Notes: generated by a model from the letters alone, not told the origin. Shown: positions 22,512 through 36,702, counted from the first letter of the stretch. The stretch: DNA of 43,514 bases from Trichoplax sp. H2 (GCA_003344405.1 NOWV01000173.1:124001-167514); one strand, 5' to 3'. Program-made: numbers and translations.

Positions 22512-25500
22512 TTAACTGTAGAAATTGGAAATGCAGGTCACAATTGTTATAAGTACAAGTGACGCCTTTGGCATCTTTTGCGCTCCATTGGAAATCACTA
22601 AGCAAAGGTTATAGTAGTCAAAATGCGGCTTGCATAGGCTTGCTTACAGAATACTTCAATAAAATTACTGTAGACAAAAATTAGAAGTTACCTTCAACGT
22701 TGTTGACCCTAAGATCGTCAATAGCATATACAAAAGATGTTGGGATGGATTTCTTTGCCATACTCCTTAGCGTAATTTCAAACTAGGATTCAAATACGTC
22801 GATATAAAGTTAGTAAGTGATTGATTTTACCGAAAAAATTACTTCCTGATCTGGATCCTTTATAAACGGTATTTTGCTATCATGATGTTGTAGTAGAAAT
22901 TACTATCCTTAGATAGTAATGTAAATAAATTACTATGCATACAATACTATTTTTAGCTGCTGCTACATTTACTTAGAATGCTCAAGTTTAGGAATACAAA
23001 AAAATATAGTAGCAGCTGCTAGCTAATAGCCTGATTACAATAAAAATATTAGTATATAGCGTTATTGAAGTGATAAGCAAGCGATTACTTCGCCCATAAA
23101 TCAATTACAGCCATCCTATCGTTCAGTCAGTTTTTTGCCTTACCTGAAAATCTTCATGTAAATTATCTTCTACTTCTATCCACATTGTTTGGAATTGTCT
23201 AGTAGGTTCATCAATCGATCTGGATTCGATGATATGATCTCGGGTAGAATCTCGACGCAACTTATAACTTACTGAAATTTGACCATGCGGGATTCCATCA
23301 ACATAATAATCGAATAAAATCTATTAACAGTAAAATCAAATTAGTAAGGTAAATTCTAACCTTATTTCCTAATATTGATTCATGTTTAAAATAATCGCTA
23401 CGAACAAAATAAAAGCATAACTTACTTGAATTTTATTTCCGCTATTCTGCCTAAAGATTGGACTAATCAATTTACTATTACGTTCAGTATCGTCCAAAGG
23501 ATTTCTCTGCACGTAAATAAAATACTTATCCAGTCGATCTAGACAAGATAGGCGTAAAAAAAAAAAATTTTGGAGCTCCAGAAATGCCCTCTCGCTTTGC
23601 ATGTTTAACGCATACAGTAAATTTGCTTACTTATTTGAAGCGGATTATTCCAACTTTCACCTCTATGCCATACCCACTTTAAATCTCCTGCCACCTTCCA
23701 ACCACAATAGCTACGTATAAACGAGCATTGATCCGCTGTATAAACCATATCATGAGAGTAACATATTAATAATGATTCTATCGTGCTTGTAGCATATGCT
23801 TAATGTAAGCATTTGAAATATTTCTTAACTATAGACATCTTTATAGTCTTATCGCTTTCCAGGTAAATATAGGTTTTCGTAGTTAGTTATTTGTAGCGTT
23901 TACAGTCTTTGCTATTTCTACAATCATTTGCTATTGCATAAGTATATTTTATGTTGTAGACTGCATCTTACTTAAGAATCTTAATCGCTATTCTCTATGT
24001 GTTTGTTACTAATAGTTTATTACCGTAAATAATATTTTGCGTTACTAAGTTATTAGAAAACTAGATAATGGTAGAGCTAAGAAGATTAGCATAGAAAGTG
24101 CGAGCTAAAATTAAGATGGAGAATTTAACACTTATACTCGTTTCCTAAGAGACCGTAGTATTAAGGCTATTCAATTGGATGATTTCAGTTAGCATAATAT
24201 TTTAATTAGCACTCCCTATTGCTTATGCTATACATTAGATGAATTACTCTGAGGATCAATATCTTATTTATTAATTTGTTAATTAAGTTTTCCTTGCAGG
24301 AAAACCAGTAAATAGTATATAAAGGTATATAAGCTCGCTACTGATTAGTTAAAATAGAGTTGTAATTGGATTTACCCGGCGTAGCACGTTACTGGTAATA
24401 AATTTAACTTTCAAATATCGTTTCAAGTCACTGACTTTAGCTGTGGCTAAGGTTTCGAAGCATGTAGGGTTTAGTTCGACGCTTAGTAGCTGTAGTACCG
24501 CGTAAATTTTAAGTTTCCTTCAGTATTAACTAGCTAAGTAATACTCTAGTTATAAGTCCTAATTATAATTCTAGCAAATTGATCCAAATATAAGTGAAGT
24601 GATGTGAGAGAGATCTTCCAGTTGCTTAAAAGACAATAAAACGAAGTTGTTGCTTGGTTCTATTTCTTTGTTTTAAACGGAGTTGTGGCAGTGCTTTATC
24701 TCTAAAACTATCAAAACTAACAATTTCTGCCTTAGATTCAATTAGTAGCAATATTCACAATATATTTATTATGTTAACGATTTTTAAGTTGCTTTGTGAT
24801 AGCTTACATGCTGCTCTACGTTAACTGCCTTACATGCTCAGCGATCAATAAGTATTCGAATATAGTAATATTGTAAGATGCCCGAATTGTGTAGCAATAA
24901 CTAAGTTATTGCCAAATGCCTCGTTCATTTTGAATTATTAAGGAACGTTGCAGGGCAATATCTTCTAAATCTACTTCCTTTGAATTATTAAATATCCAAT
25001 AACAACATGCTACTTATATTCAAATCGTAATAAAATTATGATATTATTTCTCAACGATAACACTTATGGATATTGTATTTCATTTATCATATTAATTATT
25101 ATAAAGTTAAAGGATGGCTTGCACTCTAGACCGCTTTAGTTTAAACTAAAATAACTTACATGGACTTGCGTGAGGTATCATACAAGTCGCAGTTGCAGGT
25201 AAGGATGAACGGCAGAATGCCGAAGACCGCTCAGTATTGATAACACATTGATCAATCGATGATTCATAGCCACGGCAGTCAATGGATGTAATTAATGGTT
25301 TTGGATAATCTTTCTTTGGTGTATGGGCTAGTTAATAAATTAGGAAAATTTTCTAATAACATCGTGAAGCGTTGTATCATGAAAATACTATTCCTGTAAA
25401 TTTAATATATTCAGCTGCGATACATTATGACTCAAACAGAATTTCTAACTATGAACATACTATCATGACGTAATGCAGCAGGATAACCCATCTGACGACA

Positions 25501-28500
25501 AACAACATCGGCTGACTTATGGTTCCAACCAGAAGTACATATAGTTCCAACTTGACCATCATGTTTTCGAACAAGAACAGCTCCAACATTATCTTTCTTT
25601 TCATGCATAAGGCTTAAATTGTACAATCCGCTTGCTATATTGAAATTCGAGCAAATTGTATGGCATTAGTTTGTACCGTACCGATTAATGAATTATTAAT
25701 AGCCTCAATACCATAACTTAATCCATACTCTAACTACTTAATTCTTCCAATGTTGTAATTCTATAAAAAACAGTCATTAATTGCAGTAATGTAATAGTTA
25801 TATTAACGAACTAATGAAGTGAATACAAGGTACATTTAATGCACAGAAATTATTTATAGTCCTAATAAGAAAAATTTAATTTCGTTAAAATGGATTATCA
25901 CTAAGTATTGATTTCAAATGATAATTTGACTATCATCTTACTCAATGAATTATACGTGGAAGGGAGAAAACAAGTTAGCCAAACTTCATATCCAAAAGTG
26001 TGTAAATCTACAGGTGCTGTAATTGTGCATTCTGAAAATGATTTCTTTGATAATGGGCAGTCAATATTTTCAGCATCAATACAGTAAGTATTATTCAACA
26101 AGGCAGGACGAGCTAAGATCAATAGACAACGTCTTCTTTAATAATTATATATATAATTAATCATACTCAGCTTTTATTAAACTTAAATCTCAAAAATTTA
26201 AAGTCACCACTACTTACACCACACAACACCTACTCCACCAAATCCAGTTTGCTGGCACATTAAATTAATGGTTTTATGACTCAAAGAATCGTATGGATTA
26301 CAAATCGAACGCCATTTTCCATTGATATACGTACTAATACGTCCAGTATAGTCATGCAGGCCATGTAAATTCTGAATTTTTAAAGGATTTAATGCTATGT
26401 AAATTGAATTTTGTGTGAGTAAATTAGTATTTCAAAGTTATCATTCAATTGAGTGATTATTACTATAGGTATACTACTTTAGATTTAAGCAATGCATGAA
26501 CTGCTAAAGATTAGCAATACGATCAAGTCTACGTTAGATAGAATAATTTTAGCTTTACTTCCAAAAGGGTATTCTGAAGTTTGTGTATTTGGAAACTGGC
26601 ATTTGGATATATCACAAACTTGCCGTCTATTAGGAGAATCTTTAGTAAAGCACCAGGGCCTTGCTAAGCTTGAGTCTGGATTTCTGCAAAAATTATTCGT
26701 TAAATCTGCCTCAGGAAATTTGTCCTTCGTGTAGGAAGTTGATTTCCATGTAGTACAGGCATGCCCATATTTTGTTTTAGCAACTCCACCTCGATAGTAA
26801 TGGCCATTTCCGGAGAAACAGTATCTTTCTAATGATAAGTATTTAATAAAGGTAGGCATAATATAGCTTCTTTAAGTTGAAAGCTTCTTTGAAATAGCAT
26901 ATAAAATAGTATTATAAGCTTGCGATGGCTTATCTACCGCAGTGTATGATTATTGAGCCTGGCTATTTCGAATATTTTTTACGCCATAAAATAAAATTTG
27001 ATTTATCATTAAAACCCATCAACTACTCACCCATTGGTGAGATTTCAATCCGAATTAATCTTAATTCTCCAAAATGCTCACTTTCACGAGGTTCATGAAT
27101 GCCAAATAAACCACGCACAACAATCTGAGTTTATGAAATTCAGTAATTAAGAGATATAATATTTGCGTAAATATATCCTTGGCATAGGGATTAAAAACAT
27201 TTATGCTTCCATATTCCTTAATGTTATTATGGATGCAGTTAGTCAATCGATTTCAGTACTGTAAAATTATAATCATCAAGTGATAATATAGAAATGTGCC
27301 TTATTCCATGGCCTACGTTAATAGAGAAAATAGTTCATACGCTAAGTTTTGTTAGCAATTTACTTCAGTTAAAAAGCAAAGGAAAACATGTTGAATATAT
27401 TGGTATTACTTCCTGAAATAATCAACTTAAAAAACTGACTGAATGGAGTAGTAAAGGCTCATATAAGCAAATATATCCATTACTACAGAATACTTACAGA
27501 ATAAGATGGGTACATTGGTGAGAAATACAATGTATCTTTGAGCACATTCCTGGTCGAACCTTTTGAAAGATGAAAGTTGCTAATATCATCCATATGAGAA
27601 CTGGATGTTGGATATACGGCATGAAATGATATCTGTGCAAACGTGGCATTTTCAAACGCTGCGTAGACACTAATCTATAAGATTTAGGATATTGATGAGG
27701 TTAGTAATCTATTACAAGTGAGAACTGCTACACTTCTATAGCATGGCTCATTATTATACGTGAAGCAACATTAGCAGAATGATTGCTGATGTAAAAGAAG
27801 GCAATGCTTTGCATTACAGGCACAATATAATCAGAATTACCTTGATCTGCCTTGTTCTTGTTGGAAGTATTAATGGAGGGCTAACTATATCCGCGAAAGC
27901 TCCTGTAGGATACTGAAAATCTGGCTTTAATACCATGCCAACATTTAAACCTAACACAACGATCCCAATAATAATTTATTTTACTAAGAATTGAAAGCAG
28001 ATAATTGAAAATTTTGCACAATAGTTTTTGATTATAAAATAAAAAATGTAACATCGATAGCTGGTAATAGAAATGCTGAAAATTTTTTGAATTTTTAGAT
28101 CTAAATATACTCTTTATACACTACTAGTTTACATTTAAAACGCCAAAAATAATGCATATGAGAAATAGCTAGCATTAAAAATTGTAAATTCAAATTATTA
28201 ATAATACTAACGATGCTTCCAATCCAGGAAATCAATCGCTTCTAATTGATTCCAACGGCATGGACTTTTTCGAAATAAACAGCTATGTGAGAATAATGGT
28301 TCATCTGGACAGGCGATTTTATAAAAAAAGTATTCAGTACCGAAACATAAGAATTAAAAGTAAGAATACTATACATTTTCTATCATTATCTAATGGAGCA
28401 TGTAATGTTAAATTAAAAGCTTAGAGATTATTGATATTGATATATATAAATTTAGTTTTTTATCGATTTTAAAAATTAATCTTTCTTTCTTACGAATCAA

Positions 28501-30196
28501 TTCATTCAGCTTAGACTTAGACTTTTATGCTGTACTAACCTTGAAGATTATAGACCGAATGTTCTTGGAAATGGTGCGATTTGATACGTTGATCGCGATT
28601 ATTTTTGAATGATGGCTTCTTATGTCCTTAATAAGATCATAATGTAACTATTAACTTTATTAGATTCGTAATGAAGTAGAACCCAATCGAGATCATGCAG
28701 TTACAGGGTTGAAAATTTTTATGCTATAAATTGATTCTTCGTGAATTAGTAAAGAATAATCGCTAAGAACTCTCGATCAGTCTGGAATAACAATTTTCAG
28801 AATAACATGCTATATTATCCTATCGCAGTATATTTTCTATCAGCAATGTGCATAGCTTAAAACTAAGTTCTAGATGTATAATTCCTCAAAAGATCCCAAT
28901 TAAATAAATTATAATAGAATAAAATTAAGATATATTGATTTTAATATCGTAAGTATGAAAATTATAGTGACAAAAATAATTAAACACATTTTGGCCATGA
29001 TCAAGAAACTATTTTGGTTAATCACATCTAGTAACCTCGCTTTCGAATTAGTGGATCTTTGCTGCTATGTTCGAGATTCGGTTTTCGCAAGTCTCTATTG
29101 CCATTTGAGGTCCAACATTTACCAATAACCTCCACGGAGTATTCATTTGCAGAATGAAGCAATTTTTGAAGCCTTGGATCATCACACTGTAGTTTATCAG
29201 CTATCGCACTATCATGCAAGGGTACATAAAATACTAGTCATTCAAAGAATGTCTTATGGTAAACCATTCAAGATTTTACTTCTTGATGTACTCTAATTTT
29301 CATGTTCAAATATTACTTGATTCTATTACGAATTTTATCAAGTGTTTTATAAGAATTGTCTCTTTTTATAGCTATTTTACATTGCAACTCGTAAATAAGC
29401 GATTACATCTCTAAATAATCTACAATTACATCTTAGCATTAATAAGGGTTTGTAAACAATTATGATTCAAAGTATTTCTAATCAGCATGTACAAGTCATG
29501 TAAGCTAGTCTGGTGAAGTGTAATTTTAATCTTACCATTAAATACAGCTCAATCTCAGCCTATTGAAATTATTAAAGTATAGATGATTGTGTCTTAAGCC
29601 AGATTGATATCGCGACTCACAAATAGGCGATTAAACCTCTAACTTATCTATAATTGTATTTTAACGAGCTGTATACAAGTGTTATTGAAGGCATTTCTAA
29701 GCATGTATTAGTCGAATAAATTAATCTGGGAAACTGTAACATTGATTTACCATTAATAGTGGCTTAATTTCAAGCTATTTAGAATCTTCTAACATCAAAA
29801 CTAAGCACTAAATCATCGTTTACATCCATATAGAGAATAATTAATTCTTTCACCGTTTGAATGCTGTCAAGATAGCGATATGAAAATCCTATTACTAACG
29901 ATATTTTCAACATATCTAGAAACAATTTCGACTATTTCAGTTTTTATATCGGCAAATAGCAGTAGCTTTAGATTGGGCTCATGAACTTACATGCGTTTAT
30001 ATCCATGGCTTACATAGGATGCTAATTCATCAGTAATAGTCGGGCAAAGAATTTTAGATTCATGACAACTGCATGAGGGTGGGCAGCTTTCTCTTGCAGT
30101 GTGAGTTCTCGATAAAATTCGGAATAGAAATTGTAGTATCGTAAATAGAACAAGTAGTACAACAACTTTGTATTTCCAATATTTATACAATTCCAT
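22512..30196 (-). CDS. Mosaic extracellular protein: signal peptide - LRRNT - (disrupted LRR) - LRRCT-like - MAM - kringle - SRCR - SRCR - MAM - GPI-anchor-like tail; possibly a pseudogene
   Basis: Exon 30196-29991 (signal peptide, CPPSCSC). About 29233-29035 (LQCDD..VIGKC). MAM1: 28304-28212 (SCLFRKSPCRWNQ..FLDW), about 27950-27841 (ADIVSPPL), about 27674-27498 and about 27124-27031. Kringle: 26828-26559 (CFSGNGHYYRG..NFCRNPD..PWCF). SRCR1: 26394-26218 + 26112-25942. SRCR2: 25634-25461 + 25327-25160 (GTICTSGW..ADVVCRQMGY..IDCRGYESSIDQC). MAM2: 23735-23631 (CSFIRSYCGW), 23538-23426 (LISP), 23320-23144, 22782-22692 (AIDDL). Last exon 22597-22512. Phases are compatible except in 29915-29537. 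Confidence 0.85.
23788..24030 (+). mobile_element. Degenerate LTR fragment in an intron of the mosaic gene
   Basis: ttctacaatcatttgctatt, tatgttgta and ctattctct match the 7362 LTR in the same order; the ends and TSD are not resolved. Confidence 0.5.
26559..26828 (-). CDS. Kringle domain exon (phase 1-1)
   Basis: Six Cys with YRG, NFCRNPD and PWCFT motifs; AG/GT boundaries. Confidence 0.95.
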
Positions 30197-32014
30197 TTTT
30201 GCTTGTTACTTATTTCATGATATACTGTAGACTTGAATTATTGCACCCGGGATCATGATTAACAGATGTTCATAAACAGTTATTCATACTACTGCAAGGC
30301 CTTTTCTTGATTGTTGACTAAAACCCTGTAAAACATACATTTATCTATATGTCTAATGCCCTACTAATGGTAACAGTTTATAGTATAGATGCTCACCGTA
30401 GAAGTAATCTGTTAATTATAGTCTAAAACTAGCCTAGTTTCTAACATGTTTAGCAGTAGGCAAATCATGACGGTTCGTCTTTCTGTCCGATCACGGTGCT
30501 GAATTAATAAATACACAATACTTTTATAGTACTAGTATTTAAATTGCCTCCTGCTAATTATATATAGTAAAACTCTCGATTAAGAAGATTTTATCCATAT
30601 TAAGATCCTTTATGTGATCGATAAGCTTTGGCCTTGTAAGGTACTTTAACAAATAATATTTCATAATGAAAAGTCTCGCACAAGACAGCTGATTTACGAT
30701 CATTTATGTAACTAATTAATTTGGTTTGTAAGTAACCTTATGATTACTATTGGCAAGCATGATCATCGTATTTAAATAAACGTCTAAGACGACAACAACT
30801 TCTCTTAATTTCATCTTCCTACAGAACACTAACTTAGTTATCTGAGCTGCACTCGGCTAGATACTAGGGGTCAATTATTAAAATTTCAAAAATTGCGGCA
30901 ACTATTTCCTAGACATAGGTCTATAAACATTATGATGTTACACCTTTGAATTACTGTGTCATCTCGGCAATTATACAACTATAAGTCTTTAAGGTATTAG
31001 CCGTATTTTGTCAATACAAAAAATTAAGGAAGATATACAGCTTACAAGCTGAAAGCAACTGTGTCAGCAATACACCCAAAATAACTATCTCCATTTTATT
31101 TGCAGTTTGAAATAGGGTGTATACCTTAATTAGCTTGGGAAGCACTAATGTAAAGAATGTATTACTTTTTACATTTCATTTATAGAAAGATACAATATTA
31201 CAAACTTAAAGCATGTTTTATCAAGTTTTCCATATTCTAACTACTATTCTTCCTAACCCTTGATGTAAGTTGCTTCGACATCATCAATTATGTTATGTAT
31301 CAAATGGAAGTCACTATATTCGATCTGTGACACTGAGATATCCTTGACACTTTAGTTAGATTTAGAGGAGATATTTACAAGCGAAATTTTCATATTTGGC
31401 TAGGTATCTAACAAACTGGTATTATTTCTAAAAATTTTCAATGATTTGCTGCTTTGTCAAAAATTAGCTCATTATTGCTTAAAACATTGAAAGTAAAACA
31501 TTTACTAAATCTATAGAGCTAAGCGTACAAGCCGAAAAGAGGCTGTAGTTCATTGAGGTAGGCCAATATTCAGCAAAAACTTTGCAACAAATTGCAGTTA
31601 TTAAGTTGATATTAGTATCTACTTAACAGTATTTCATGCAAATTTATCTTACAATATACATGAACGTATTTAACGTATAGTAAAATTAAACTGTTATAAC
31701 CATACGGCAGAATTTTAATTGTCTGAAAATAAACCTTTGATTCGAGGTCTGCCACTTACAGACAGTCGATATAATCGTAGGAGTATTAATTACAGGATAG
31801 CATGCTTTTACCAGGCATAGAGTGATATTTTGATATAGCATATTAAATCTCCTGAACTAGCTAGAACGACTTAATAGAGGTCAATTCATACTTGCGAGAT
31901 ATAAGAATTGACTGTGATATAAGCCAAACGTCTCGAAACTAATTGTAATCGATGGGTACAGCTAAATTATTAAAGACTTTATTTATGGATTTTGAGTAAA
32001 TGAAAGCAAACTAT

Positions 32015-35000
32015 TTAAATTCCCTTTTCCGTGACGTACTGGTACTTCAGGCATTTTGATAATTTTTCTTTAACTGTCTCCCTATGAAATGGAAATTGAA
32101 TCGAATCTCTCATTCTCAGTTTATGGGTTTAAGAAAATCCATTATCTTACAGGCAATGCCAATTATTTAACTAGCAGCATTATCATGCAATTCTTACCAA
32201 ATTGAAAGCTCGATAAAATAGTATGTAGAAGATTTACTAAAGCCATTAAAAGGACTATGGAATACCGAGGAATATGCACCAAAGCCTATTTCGACATAAA
32301 ATTGAAATGACTATTTTTTTGTGTTGTTGATATCCTCTTATAAGGATCTGACCTTCTGCATAAAGTAAATCTCCAATATCTAACTGAAATAATATACAAA
32401 GAAAAACATATACTTTTGAGATGCATCTGAAGACTAAATGAAGAAAAGCTGCAGAAAGTTAAAATGAATCATTCTGGAAAAGGTCTACGATTCTTCTATA
32501 AACTAATCATGTGATGGTATCATACCTCCAGAAGCTGACATTCTTTTAGTAGATAATCCAATCCGGAGCAGGAATAACCCCAGACTGTACTTGAGAAAAG
32601 TCCTTCCAAGCTCTTACTGACAGGTAGGAAACGCTGATTATCAAAATCATGTAAAACATTTCCAAAGGATCCATGCAAACTCTCATTCACATAATATGCA
32701 TACTTTTTCTGAAAATGAACAGAGCGGTAACTATAACTATTTGCAGTATTGGGCAGTAATTAACGCGAAATTTGCATCTGCACGTATGGATTATTCATAA
32801 TTCGATCACCTGTTCCCCTGAAATAATTGTTAAACAGAATTAATTTTTCGTTATATGATGGTAATAATCTCAAATTTTACGTATTACTTAAGAAAATTTT
32901 TAAATAATTCATACCAATTGACATAACTTACCTTGAGCAGTGAGTTCTTTTGTGTTAATTTCACGCTTTCCAATTACGTCCATGACCAAGTGAAAAGCAC
33001 TTTCGGCAAAATATCGACCTGATTTTAAGAAAATTCTATAACTGTCATTCCTTGATACAATATATATCTACTTTCTACAGTGTATCTGTTTAAAAATGCA
33101 ATCAAAAAAGGCGCGAATTCTCATTATATTATTAGAAATAGCTATCAAAATTATTATTGATTATAATCTCAGTATACCCGGCTCTGACATAATCTTAACT
33201 TGATCTTCAATAGGAAAATATTCATCCAAGGCTTGTCTAATCTTAGCGCAAATCTATATCGAGAAATCATTTCATAAAGATAAAAAATATCTCATGAAGA
33301 CGTTTTTTAATTACTTATTGCAAACGAACAGTTTCAAATTTAGCATCAGCATATCCAGGAAATCCACCACCAATATCCAAAATGTCAAAAATTATATCCG
33401 ATCGATTTCTAATACGGATGTAAAACAAAACTACAGCTTTAGATCAAATAAAGAGCGAGAGTAGAAGAATATTTTATTTACACCATAATGGAATGCTTTT
33501 CTAGCCAGCTGTATGGCAGAAGCGAAAATTTCGCCGTCATAACGTCCGCCACCTATATGAAAGCTGCAACCGAAAAATTTTTTGAATTAATTTAGATCAG
33601 GCAGCTGAAGAAATGAATATCTGAAATGCCGCATTTGATTTTTTTAGCATTCTGTTTTTATAAACGCAATATCGATATCAGTGACAAATTCATATTTAAT
33701 AGAACCTTAACAGAATGCAGAATACGGCAATATATCTACCTTATCCCAACTACGTTAAGTTGCAGATCACGAGCTACTTGGAGTTGATTAGGGCAATCTT
33801 CAATATCGACGCCATACTTTTCACTAAGCTATACAATTAATTGAAAGAAGACAGTTATCTGTTTTAACATATTAGTCCTTAAAGACTTTAAGGTTACACT
33901 TACATGATATAGAGTACCAAAATCATCGATCTTAATCCGTAATAACAGTCTGAATTAGTTATTGATTAAAATTAAAAATAAAAATTTAAACTTAAAGATA
34001 GATGTAGTACACTCTCTCAATTAGCTAAGAGTTAAAGCAATAAGAAATTACATATAAAATTACTTTGCTTCCGGATAGCATCGCTTGATTTTATGTAGCT
34101 CTGATACGTTATCGAACGTCATTAAAGCTATTCCATGGCGTTCTGCAAATCTTAAATATTAGTTAAGAATCTTAATCGAGGTTACTATAATGCCTTTCGA
34201 GATATTTTACTGCAGCGTTTCTATTTGCTCTAATTAAAAGTAGGCAAGCAGAAGGTTTTAGGCAATAGAGCTATTATTGCTCTACTTATCAGGACTTACT
34301 TCAGGTGAGAAATTTGTTTGCAAGGATTAGCATAAATAACTTTACTGGAATGGGCGCATATCTTAACAATGGCTTCCATCTCGTTCTAGATACATTTGTT
34401 AAAGTTGTGACTATTTAAATCAACTTCGTAAATATTGATTTTTAAAATTCCTTTAAATCATGGTTTTACTATAGCTCTACCTTACTAGCGGCATCAAAAC
34501 CAACTCCTAATGCATTAAGTGTTGCTAGCAAATTTATGTCGTTATTACACTTCACGGCTATAATCAGAAGCAAGGAATTTCGATAATTAAATTTGCAATA
34601 AAAACTCAACAGCTGTATAATTTAGTTATTCACGACAATAAATTTAGAATATCCCTAAGCCTACCATAGAAAGGCTGGACACGAGGCAATAAGGACATCC
34701 ACTAGATAAGGTTTTAATTACAATTTAAAATGTTAATACGTAGTAATTTCACTGTCTAGAACCATACTTAGTATTAACGTAGTTTTTTATTAATATCGAA
34801 TAGAATAGTTCAGTACTTTTATTCGATTACGACCGGTATTTATTAATTTATATTAATCTACTAGATATTTTGACTATTTTTGGCCAAACCTATTTCGTAA
34901 AAATATCTAGCAAATATGCGTATAACCCTTAATCGCTGAAAGTTTACAGTTAATTGCAGTAGCGTATTAGATTTACATACTACAGACATTGCAAAAGTTT

Positions 35001-35332
35001 TCATGGTCTTTGGATTGATATTCTATCGCACTTACTCTTTGAACTTTATAAATAACATCTCCGATATTGGCTATGTAAAAAGATCGATCATCATCATCCT
35101 TACAAACATAAGTAGGAAGCAGGTAAGTGTCATCCGAGAAGCTTGTATACTATCCTTTAGCTCGTACATAGTATTTAGCTTTAAATATTTAGTATAAGAA
35201 ATTAATTAAGAATTGATTCAAATCCAATTAAAACGATAAAAAACTTACTATACGGTTAGTTGCGATCTTTTGGATGAGCTGTCTAAGTGAAAATTCAGGT
35301 AAAATGTTTAAAGCGGAATCCTCATTCATCAT
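32015..35332 (-). CDS. Ornithine decarboxylase-family (fold-type III PLP) protein, paralogue A; apparently intact, about 16 exons
   Basis: Spliced motifs: FYIANIGDV, PRVQPFYAVKCN (PLP Lys), GFDAASKNE, IYANPCKQ, MTFDN, LLLRI, KYG, SFHIGGG, LDIGGGFPG, SEPGRYF, YYVNESLHGSF, WGYSCSGLD, GAY..FNGF. ATG at 35332, TAA at 32017-32015. Confidence 0.92.
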
Positions 35333-36629
35333 TCCTTAGTTAGTGGCAAACGATATCGCTTGTAATAGTCCTACAACAAAGCAATTAATTCTGAAGCTTA
35401 TTAATGTTAGTTTCTACTATAGCGATATAGATTATCGAACTGAATATCCTCAGTAAAGGTGTTGATCATTTATATACAGTCAATCAAAACATACAGTTTT
35501 ATAAATTACAAGTGGAATGTCCATTTTTCAAAAGTAACTTTAAATGTTCTATTACTGTGTTACGATGCGTAAGCTCGTCCTAATTATTGAGTAATATTAA
35601 ATATTGCTTGCGTGCAGGAGTTTCTGACGAGACTATAAAAGGCTGGTGCCTGAAGATTCCTTTTTAGTTCGTTAGTCGGTTAGATAGTCAACTAGTTTTT
35701 CAATTGATATTTAATTGTAAAGACTATAATCTTGGGTGCCAAGATTCCTTCAGTAATAAATGATAGTAAATCTCTGACTATCTCGTCTACATCATCTGTG
35801 ACGCTATAATTATACCATAGTATTCGGTTGTTGGAACTGAATTATTTGGTGATATAGCTAATCTCGCCTCTTTAAGTTAGTAAGTGGCGTTCTACGCAAG
35901 GATTGGCGTGTGTAGACTACTTTGTCACTAGTGGTGTGTGACATACTGATACGAGTCTTATTATCTTCTAGGCCTCGTTGGCAAGTAAATTAGCTCAATA
36001 GCTGCGGTACTAAGATTAGTTCCTTAATTAAGAAGTACTTCACCATATTATCAAGTAAATACTTTTTATTTTTTAATTACTCAAATTAACACGAACTTAC
36101 TTTCCTCACAAAACCTGGGACTCAATCGACTAACTAGGCAACTCAAGGAGTTGAGCTAATCGACCCTACGCTTTTATTACGCAGTTGCTCATACATAATA
36201 TACGGTGCTACCTATGATTTTAATCACTTGACTTAATATGATACCGAAACATTGACTACGCATACCACCTACAGGTTAATGTAGTTTAATAGTAACGAAA
36301 CCACGCTATTGCAACATTTATATTAACATCCAATACATAACTACAACAGCCAGCTTCCGCAATAAAGTGCTAATTCTAGCGCTACTTTGAAACTAGTCGC
36401 TTAATAATTGATCATGTAAGGTAGCGGTTAAAATTGTTTCTTACTAAAAATTATTATTGAATATTGCCGTGGTAAATTTAGACCAAGGAAGTTATAAACA
36501 GGTTGCTCTCAAACTATCGACTAAACTCTTTCCTCCATTCTCACTTAAGGCTACGGCTATAGTCTCTAAAATTATTCACTAGCAGTATTCGACTATCATA
36601 AAGCCTAAATGTATTCCTTGACACTGTTA

Positions 36630-36702
36630 CCGTTTAAGTACGAAATCCAGTCAATTATTGATTAGGCATTTCGCAAATTGCCTGGATTTCGTACTTGGAC
36701 TG
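36630..36702. mobile_element. Short hairpin MITE-like element flanked by TA
   Basis: Arms aagtacgaaatccagtcaatt and aattgcctggatttcgtactt are 20/21 complementary; ends TA|CCGT...ACTG|TA. Confidence 0.55.

Noticed and set aside
28338-28345. Apparent mutated splice acceptor (TTTCG|GT) for the first MAM exon
   Set aside because: A canonical in-frame CAG acceptor exists at 28306-28305, so no defect needs to be invoked.
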